NCBI GenBank assembly: GCA_965197475.1 | Contig: CBDANF010000002.1 | Location: forward strand, 1,376,001 to 1,440,000 | Direction of reading: 5' to 3' | DNA: 64,000 bases | Origin: Candidatus Poribacteria bacterium | Lineage (GTDB): Bacteria > Poribacteria > WGA-4E > WGA-3G | Part shown: piece by piece, positions 54,238-64,000 of the stretch | Layout of the letters: each line of letters begins with the position of its first letter | How positions within the stretch are numbered: the first letter of the stretch is position 1 | Notes under the pieces: model-generated | What the model was told of the DNA's origin: nothing | Databases searched by the model: none | The model's input: only the letters and a program-made list of their open reading frames with translations | Position numbers and translations under genes: made by a program

Positions 54238-54510
54238 ATGTTTTTCGTTGAATATACCGAAAATAATGAAAGAAAAGCATTAAACTTGGCTATGTGTCAG
54301 AGAATTGAAACTGAAGAACGCCACATAAGCGCAAAAAGTAGTTTCTACATCTACATACATCACAAAGAACGCGCAAAAATGGTGTTAGAATTCAAATCAA
54401 AAGAGGAAATGTTAACCACTTTTGATAATTTTATGGACGCACTCAACCGGTGTCAAGCTCACTTGTTTTCCCAGAATGTTTTGTCTGAGGAACATTATCG
54501 GCAGTCCTGA
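54238..54510 (+). CDS. Hypothetical 90-aa passenger protein
   Basis: AAGGAG RBS within the conserved joint; equivalent of 22968..23240. Confidence 0.7.
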   Translation: MFFVEYTENNERKALNLAMCQRIETEERHISAKSSFYIYIHHKERAKMVLEFKSKEEMLTTFDNFMDALNRCQAHLFSQNVLSEEHYRQS

Positions 54511-54672
54511 ATTCTTCAACATACCTGTGAAATGCATCGATGAAATATTCAGCAACGATACAAAATTCTTCAAAGAATTCTGTTTCAGAAAGAGCAGATC
54601 TTGAAGGACTATCACTTTTCTTATCTAGTCCGTGCTGACTCAATACATCTGCCATAGAATCTCTAACTTCTC

Positions 54673-55554
54673 TCACAACATACTTTCGTTGACAAACTTG
54701 ACAAACAAGCTGTCAACGCTCCTATAGTTATACTTATAGCACGCTTCCGCCACATACAGCGGTGTGTATCCTGTCTGATAATGGTGATGCTGTCCATACC
54801 AAGCCCGTTTGAGTAGTGACCAGAACCCTTCAATCGTGTTTGTATGTGTATCACCATCAGCAAACTGCACCTTGTGGTTGATAACAGCGTGCTTCATTTC
54901 CTTTCCAATAGCGTTGTAAGCCTGATACTCATCGGTTATTAGTTCCGAGTCCTTTAGGTTTACAGCACTCCGAATAAACTCAAGGATAGTGCGTCCTGTG
55001 AGGTTATGTGCCACCTGTGCGACAACCCTACCCCCACGTTGCACTGCTCCTATTATAGCAGTTTTCTCCGTTCCTCTGCCACGTTTATGTGGTTCATCAT
55101 CTTCACGTTTGTTCTTTTTACGAGGTTTACCGCCAATATAGGTCTCATCTGCTTCAATGATACCTTGTAGTAAAGCCCCGCCTTTCTTTGCCATTTCAGC
55201 ACGAATACGTGCCATCATAAACCATGCTGTCTTTTGATTCAAGTCTAAATCGCGCGCCAGTTGATGCCTTGACAAACTTTTCTTCGCATTCGTTATCAAC
55301 GAAATAGCCAAAAACCACTTCTGTAACGCTATCTTTGTCCCGTGAAACACCGACCTGCACGTCACCTTGAAACTCACTTGGCACTCGTGGCAGTTCCAAC
55401 GACCGATACGACCGATTTCTGTTTCTGTCCGTTCTCCTATATGATCGCTTTCACAATGCGGACACACAGGTTTACCTCGCCAACGAATCTTCTCTAAATG
55501 TGCAATACAACTCTCTTGATCGGGGAAACGTTCCATGACCTTGATTAAATCCAT
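54673..55554 (-). CDS. IS1595-family (ISXO2-like) transposase
   Basis: EADETYIGG, ITDEY, HTNTIEGFWS. Confidence 0.95.
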   Translation of the reverse strand: MDLIKVMERFPDQESCIAHLEKIRWRGKPVCPHCESDHIGERTETEIGRIGRWNCHECQVSFKVTCRSVFHGTKIALQKWFLAISLITNAKKSLSRHQLARDLDLNQKTAWFMMARIRAEMAKKGGALLQGIIEADETYIGGKPRKKNKREDDEPHKRGRGTEKTAIIGAVQRGGRVVAQVAHNLTGRTILEFIRSAVNLKDSELITDEYQAYNAIGKEMKHAVINHKVQFADGDTHTNTIEGFWSLLKRAWYGQHHHYQTGYTPLYVAEACYKYNYRSVDSLFVKFVNESML

Positions 55555-55774
55555 CAGATAACTCCTTGAAATAGGAGTTGCTTTTTCTGACGGATTTCTG
55601 ATATAATATCAGATAAGATTAGAACCTTCAGAAAGCAACTCTGCTTTTTGGGTTAATTGGGAGGCTACAACCTCCCTTTTTTCTTATCTATATTATACCA
55701 TATAAACCTTGTCTACACAAGGGTTTATCACACTTTTTCACATGTTTTTTGCAAGTCCAAAACTACTTATTGCG

Positions 55775-56477
55775 TTGCTTTTTGCCTGCTTGTATCACTT
55801 GTATAATTCTGCTCTAAAGCACCGCTAGAATCTATGGTTGTAATTCGTTTCCCTTTATGTTTGGATTTTGGACTATACGCTTCTGTTAATGTGTTAAATT
55901 GAATTAGTTGACTGTTCTTTGCATAAAACAAGATTATGTCATGCATCCTTTGAAAATGTTTTGTAGCACCTGTCCATCGCTGATATGACCACACAATCTC
56001 ATTTCTGAAAAACTCATTTTTCCCTCGATTATCTTGATCCCAGATTGCGTCCATGATACCTTTGAGATAGTGGCTTGCTGTCGGATCACAATGCAAATAA
56101 ATACTACCTTTTTCAGTAAGTATACGGTGCATTTCGGCAAGGCGAGGCCCCATAAATGCAAGGTATGCACGCATCGCGCCTTTGTTGCCGGTGACTGCGT
56201 TCTGTAGGACTAAGTCGTATCCTTTTAAGCAGGTATCCAATGCTTTGTATGTGTCGCTTGTAATTGCGCGTGATTCAATGTCTGCGCGAGCGTCTTGTGC
56301 GGCGGTGTCCCAGGTCCATGTATCGGTAAACGCTTTCTTTTGTGCAAGGGAGTCACCGATGAAGGCGTTGTAGTCGCGTCCGGAGTTAAAGGGCGGGTCG
56401 GTGCATATTAAGTTGACGCGTTCGTCATCCATTTCTCGTAGGATTTGTAGGTTGTCGCCGAAGTAGAGTTTGTTCAT
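55775..56477 (-). pseudogene. N4/N6 DNA methyltransferase, 3'-truncated by IS1595 E2
   Basis: LYFGDNL, DPPF, GSIYLHCD..ASHYLK, FRNEIVW; no FxGxG motif before the IS end. Confidence 0.85.
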
Positions 56478-58207
56478 TGTGATTCTCCGCTGTGTGATTT
56501 GAGTTCTTCAAGTTGTTCCGTAATTTCCGCTATAAGATCCGAATTCTTAGTCTGTTCTGCAAGTTTCAGCGCGGTTTGGTAATCCTGTTCAGCCTCACTA
56601 AAGAGACCTAATGCAGCCCTTGCCTTACCTCGATTGTGATATGGAACTGGATAATTGGCATCCAGGCGGATTGCCTCGTCATAATCGGCGATCGCCTCAA
56701 CATATCTTTCTGAGTGAGACTTCACATTTCCACGATTGTTATAGATGCGAGAATGAGGTTCCAGGCGGATTGCCTCGTCAAAATCAGCAATCGCCTCAAC
56801 ATATTGCTTTAGTGCCGACTTCGCATTACCACGATTACTGTAGACTCCAGCATTATCAGGTTCCAGGTGGATTGCTTCGTCATAATCGGCAATCGCCTCA
56901 ACATATTGCTCCAAGCGAACTTTTGCATTGCCACGATTGTTATAAACAAGTGAATCATCGGGATTCAATCGGATTGCTTCATCAAAGTCAGAAATCGCCT
57001 CAACATATTGCTTTAGTGCCAACTTCGCATTACCACGATTGTTATAGGTGCGATAATGAGGATCCAGGCGGATTGCTTCGTTAAAGTCAGCAATTGCCTC
57101 AGCATATTGTCCTATGGCAAACTTTGTGTTACCGCGTTTAAAATGGACTTTCACGTTATCCGGATCCAGACGAATCGATGTGCTATAATCCTCAATGGCC
57201 ATGTCAAACTTATTTGTATTGTGATAAAGCTCACCACGAGCGTAATAGGCAATATCAAAATCTGGATTCAGTTCTATAGCCTGACTATAATCTTTAATGG
57301 CCTGGTCAGTCTTGCCATCAAACTCATAAACAGAGGCGCGACCCACGTAAAAAAAAGCAAGCACGTGATTATTTGGTTTTAAAGATATACCTTTGGAGTA
57401 ATAGTCAATTGCCTCATCTATTTTGCGTTCCCGAGACGCGTCAAGACCGCGTTGAAAATAATATCGAGGATCTGGTTCAATATATGTTTTATTCTGGGCA
57501 CGTTGACTCGCGAAACCATCAAAATCAGGGAATAAAATCCCTTCAGTAATACCTACTGATTTTTCCAAAGAATTGCGAATATCTTGCTTACTGTTTTTAA
57601 AGACTATACATTCTGCTCCTACTTGAATTTTTGCACCGCCAAATAGGAAAATAGATTGCTGCGCGAGCATTCGGTTATCCTGGTAATTGGGCTGCCACTG
57701 ATACAGTTGATACCCACTGTTTTCATCCGGTTTGAAAAAATAAGCAATCTTTTTCTCTTGTGACAATTCAGAGGTAACCGGTTGAAATGTGAGTTGAGAA
57801 CTGATATCCACAGCATAGACTTTACCATGTGCGGCCCCACTGGAACCTTCTCGACAGGCCATCCAGAGCGCGACCAATGGGTTTTTTGTAAAGTCTATCA
57901 AACAGGTAGCTGCTCCGCGGTGCTGAAGTTCTGCAAGTAAATCCAAATCCTTCCTGTCCCCACCGTGTCCTTGGCGCCGTGCATCTTCAAGCATCTCCTC
58001 ATTGATTTTGAGAAGTTTTTCAGTGGTGCCATACTCTTACTTCCTGAAGTTACCATCTTTGTCCTTGAGACGACGGTAAGTGGACGCTTCTATTGGATAT
58101 TTCACATTTGAAACACCCCGGAATACATATTCCCCATCATTGAATCGTTCTGCCCATTCTATAAAACTTTTCAACGTTCTAACACGTTTTGATTCTTTTT
58201 TCGCCAT
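56474..58207 (-). CDS. FRG domain + TPR repeat protein; frameshift near 58030
   Basis: N-terminal YVFRG from ATG 58207; QHRGAATCLIDFT.NPLVALW, RMLAQQS; many YNNRG TPRs. Confidence 0.85.
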
Positions 58208-58406
58208 TCAATCTAAACCCTCCATAAAAAATTTTACGTTATGTTTACCATATAATGTATACCATATTTTAACGGAAAAATCAAATTTATTTTCTGTTTA
58301 TCAGACAGTTAATGACACATCAATGCGATATTTCTCGTTATAAACCTTGAGTTCGCAACGAAATTTAGTCAGAAACGAAATTTCTGTTAAAATTCTCTTT
58401 TATTGA

Positions 58407-58672
58407 CTATAGTTTGGACAATTTACACGCTGTTCAAGTGGATTTGCTGAGAGACTGTTGGGTGTATAAAGTCAAAATGCTGGACACCTGTCGCCCCGCT
58501 GGGGCTTTGTCCGTGTGTATGTCGGCTGCTATACACATTTCGCCCCGCTAGGGCTGCCTTTGCTGAACCTATAATAGGTTTCTGTGAGTTACAACTTCGC
58601 ACAAAACTCGTAGAAAGATAGAAAACACTTGAGAACACAACATGAAACAGACAGAAATTGTCCAAACTTTAG
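58407..58672. mobile_element. MITE with CTATAGTTTGGACAATTT-type TIR and internal CGCCCCGCT(G/A)GGGC palindromes
   Basis: 18-bp imperfect TIR. Confidence 0.6.
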
Positions 58673-59002
58673 TGTTTCTGTAGTAAAATGGCTAATATTA
58701 TCCTCAATTTGTGGTAGAAGGAGGAAACGTATTGACTACGTGATATTTCTCGTTATTAATCTTAAGTTAAGAATGAAATTATGTTAAAATGCTCTTTTAT
58801 TGAAAAATTAGGCAAAAAAGTTTTGCATTTAATTAAGTTTTATGTTAAACTATATTTCACGTTTTCATTGGATGGACGCGAACAGGACTTCCTCTTACAC
58901 GAAAGAGACCTCGTTGAAGTGCCAAGTGAAAACGTCAAGTGAATTTTTGTATCAGATTTTCTAACTATGCTTTTTTAATTTTTATAATGAAAGGAATTAC
59001 AC

Positions 59003-59371
59003 ATGAGTGAAGAAGTTATTTCACGGATAAAGAAGCGTCGCCGTGAACTTAAAATGACGCAAACCGAATTGGCAAAAGAAGCGAATTTGACACCTGCAGC
59101 TATTTCTCAATTTGAGTCGGGGACTCGAAAACCCTCATTTAATACGCTTTCCAGTTTGTCTGATGCCTTGAAGGTGACAACAGATTACCTGCTCGGCAAA
59201 AAGGATCGAGGCTACGATGATCTATTAGCCGATCCAGCGGTTAATATAATGCTTAGGGGAATGATGGAACTTGCGGAGAAAGATAAAGAAACGCTCTATG
59301 AGTTCTATAAATTTCTCAAGACACAATCGGAAACAGAAACATCAAGTGAAGGCTCTACTGATGCTGAGTGA
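59003..59371 (+). CDS. XRE-family HTH regulator
   Basis: MTQTELA..ISQFESGTRKPS..DYLLG. Confidence 0.92.
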   Translation: MSEEVISRIKKRRRELKMTQTELAKEANLTPAAISQFESGTRKPSFNTLSSLSDALKVTTDYLLGKKDRGYDDLLADPAVNIMLRGMMELAEKDKETLYEFYKFLKTQSETETSSEGSTDAE

Positions 59372-60230
59372 CCTTGTGCAATATGCGAAGGACAGTCCCG
59401 TAGCGAAAGCGTGGGGCATCCTTCGCGACCTCAAAATCCAAGATTTTCCGATAGACCCAAGACGTATCGCAACAGAACTCGGTATTGTGATCTGGGAACG
59501 TGATCTCCCCGTTACTTGTGACGGATGTCTGATGCGGGTTGGGGATGCGTGGGGTATTCTTATCAACGCGCGCATCCGATCGGAGACTCGGCGGAATTTT
59601 ACCATTGCCCATGAAATTGGTCATTACTTGTTGGAGAGCGATGCCGCTGGTTCTTATTTGCTGAGTGAGCAGTTAAATACCGCAATTGCAGAGCAAAGTG
59701 AGAACACTGAACAGGAGCGTCTGAAGAAACAGGCGTATCTCGTAAGTGAGCAACGGGCGAACCAATTTGCTGCGGAACTGCTAATGCCTACTCCCATCTT
59801 TTTGGCGGATTCATCCTCACATTCACAAGTAGGATTGCCAGCAATTTCCGAACTCGCTTTACAGTACGGCACATCTTTGACGAGCACAGCAATTCATTAC
59901 ACAAGGTTGTCCGAACTTGTTTGCGCGATTGTGTTTTCAGAGGAAGGTGTCATTCGGTACTTCGCGTATTCCGATGGGTTTCGCGAGAATAGGGACTGCT
60001 ATCTGATTAATGGGCAACCGCTGCATCCGGAGGCATTAGCATCTCGGTTCACTAATAAACCTCGTGTTGGTGAATTGGTGGATGAAGTGCCGCTAAATTA
60101 CTGGTGCAGACCAAAAGAATACCGAATGAATGGGGGTAATTCGGCAGGTAAAAATTATAAGATTATTGAGCATTCAAGGCGAACTCCGCGCACAAAACAG
60201 GTGGTAACTTTTCTCCGCCTTCCTTGCTGA
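59361..60230 (+). CDS. ImmA/IrrE-family metallopeptidase
   Basis: RRNFTIAHEIGH, EQRANQFAAELLMP; overlaps XRE stop. Confidence 0.92.
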   Translation: MLSDLVQYAKDSPVAKAWGILRDLKIQDFPIDPRRIATELGIVIWERDLPVTCDGCLMRVGDAWGILINARIRSETRRNFTIAHEIGHYLLESDAAGSYLLSEQLNTAIAEQSENTEQERLKKQAYLVSEQRANQFAAELLMPTPIFLADSSSHSQVGLPAISELALQYGTSLTSTAIHYTRLSELVCAIVFSEEGVIRYFAYSDGFRENRDCYLINGQPLHPEALASRFTNKPRVGELVDEVPLNYWCRPKEYRMNGGNSAGKNYKIIEHSRRTPRTKQVVTFLRLPC

Positions 60231-60252
60231 TTATCTGAAATTGTGTTATGGG

Positions 60253-60353
60253 CAGGACTTACGCAGATTGAGCAGAAAAAGTCGTTAATTCGGTATTTTA
60301 ACCCCTAAATCTCCCTTATCAAGGGGACTTTTGAACCTATTGCGTAAGTCCTA
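60253..60353. mobile_element. ~100-bp MITE
   Basis: TIR AGGACTTACGCA/TGCGTAAGTCCT; 5-bp TSD ATGGG. Confidence 0.7.
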
Positions 60354-60396
60354 ATGGGTTAAGATATATCTTTTAGAATCAAAATTTAACTTTAAT

Positions 60397-60756
60397 TCAA
60401 GACTTACCTGATACGGATTCATTGCGTACAATTTCCGCAATTTGCAAAGTTACATTAGGCAATTCTGTAATAACAATATTCCACACAATTTCAATATCTA
60501 CGCCAAAATAATGATGAATAAGCCTGTCTCTGATGCCAGCTATACTTTTCCAAGGTACATTTGGATATCGGTCACGAAATTCCATAGCGAAATTTTTAAC
60601 TGCTTCGCCAATAACTTCAAGATTACGGATTACAGCATCTTGGGTTTTCGTATCCGTCAGAAATATTTCATACGTCATCCCATCTGTATAGACTTTGATC
60701 CGTCGTGCGGCCTCTTGAATATCGCTCAGAAATTCTGTATTTGTTCTATTAGACAT
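60397..60756 (-). CDS. HepT-like (DUF86) HEPN ribonuclease toxin
   Basis: IGEAVK, RDRLIHHY (Rx4H). Confidence 0.9.
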   Translation of the reverse strand: MSNRTNTEFLSDIQEAARRIKVYTDGMTYEIFLTDTKTQDAVIRNLEVIGEAVKNFAMEFRDRYPNVPWKSIAGIRDRLIHHYFGVDIEIVWNIVITELPNVTLQIAEIVRNESVSGKS

Positions 60757-61056
60757 AGATGATACTCTCTCTAATTGACTGAGCAATATGTGGGTGTCGA
60801 ATACTTTGGAGCGCACTTTCAGTGAGAAGATCCACCGGTTTCCCAAGAATTTCTTCAAGATAGTCAGCAAGCTCCATGAACTTGAAACCTATAGGGCGGT
60901 CAAACTCAACGACGATATCAACGTCACTTGTTGGTTTGATAGATGTTCCTTTTGCATAAGACCCAAACAAACCTATCCTCTTAACACCGTATTCTGAGGC
61001 AAGATATTCCGAATTTTCCAACAAGATATCGGTAATTTTTTCTTTTGTCAATACCA

Positions 61057-61057
<1 letters not shown>
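60749..61057 (-). CDS. MntA-like minimal nucleotidyltransferase antitoxin
   Basis: LFGSYAKG...SDVDIVV. Confidence 0.9.
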
Positions 61058-63129
<2,072 letters not shown>

Positions 63130-63378
63130 TTAGAGTTTAGACCTGCCAACAGGTACTAACTCTAATGCTTCAGTGAGAGTTATTTTGGACATTGGATTCC
63201 ATCCTTTTCCATGCGGATAGGTTTATCCACAAAAACGTCTTTATGGATTCCTTGGTTACAGATATGGATAAAGTTTGGGAGGAGGGCATCACAACAAAAA
63301 GACTTTTGGAGAACATAAAAGAAAAAACGCCCCTTTAGTTAGCGTTGTTCTCTTATATGTATAAGAAAACATTACATA

Positions 63379-64000
63379 TTACAAAAGACTTAGCGTCCGT
63401 TGAATTTGCCCTTCAAGATAAAGATTTCCAGTTTCTTGTGCGAGATCTAACGCTTTTTGAATATCTACTTTTACCATCTTTAAATCATTACCTAACGATA
63501 TATTTGTTAGTCCACGAGCATAGTAGGATTCAGTATATTTAGGATTTATGGTAATTGCTGTATTAAAATCATGGATGGCTTCTTGATGTTTTCCCATTTT
63601 ACGCATCAGGAGACCATGCTCGTAATGATACTTAGCGTTGTTTGGATCTAATTCTATTGCTTTGTCAATGTCAGAGATACACGCTTCTGGATGTCCTAAA
63701 CTGTTCTTTGCGAGTCCTCTATCATAATATACATCAGCAAAATTAGGAAGCAAACTAATAACTTTGTCATAGTCGTAAATCGCTTCAAAATATTGTCCTA
63801 AATCCTTTTTCACATTACCTCTGTTATAATACGCCATGGCATATCTTCTTTCTAATGTAATGGCTGTGTCGAAATCTTTGATAGCTTCCTCATGTTGTCC
63901 TTTTTTCCGTTTGGCAATCCCTCGGTTGAAGTAAGCCGTTGCTCTATTTGGATCTAATTCTATTGATCGGTCAAAATCCAATATCGCTTCTTCAGGACGA
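63379..64000 (-). CDS. TPR repeat protein (5' end beyond window)
   Basis: Repeated AYxNRG..AI.D.D.AI.L.P. Confidence 0.85.
   Translation of the reverse strand, partial: RPEEAILDFDRSIELDPNRATAYFNRGIAKRKKGQHEEAIKDFDTAITLERRYAMAYYNRGNVKKDLGQYFEAIYDYDKVISLLPNFADVYYDRGLAKNSLGHPEACISDIDKAIELDPNNAKYHYEHGLLMRKMGKHQEAIHDFNTAITINPKYTESYYARGLTNISLGNDLKMVKVDIQKALDLAQETGNLYLEGQIQRTLSLL

Larger units (their letters stand above)
53522..55774 (-). mobile_element. IS1595-family transposon with passenger genes (copy E2)
   Basis: Same TIR family as 21858..24153, inverted orientation; no TSD visible. Confidence 0.9.

Noticed and set aside
56600-57110. ~100-bp periodic repeats
   Set aside because: TPR-coding repeats in the FRG-TPR gene

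Overview
Bacterial window, most likely Candidatus Poribacteria (inferred from LamG/CBM proteins ending 'AV..KLA.TW..LK', WD40 'LPEGAIARLG' proteins, a lamin-tail fragment, FGE-sulfatase proteins and dense IS/MITE content). Core genes: purF, purM, ligA, a TonB plus three TonB-dependent receptors, and a tRNA-Ala-23S-5S unit with no adjacent 16S. There are at least nine IS elements (IS1, IS3, IS5, IS630, IS701-like, IS1595) and several MITE/REP families. Three signals stand out. (1) Two related 2.3-kb IS1595-family transposons carry different cargo; each transcribes, from a promoter in its transposase-distal end, a ~80-nt RNA that differs in sequence but has the same predicted three-way-junction/kissing-loop fold, and both share a conserved hairpin+RBS joint ahead of a diverged 90-aa gene. 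(2) A grpE-like / atypical hsp70 / 3x (HPD-less J-like domain + FGE-sulfatase domain) operon. (3) A foreign-looking 5S rRNA 3'-end duplicate that, with the 5S gene, flanks a small lipoprotein gene. Several single-base frameshifts may be sequencing errors. All calls come from reading the sequence; no searches were run.
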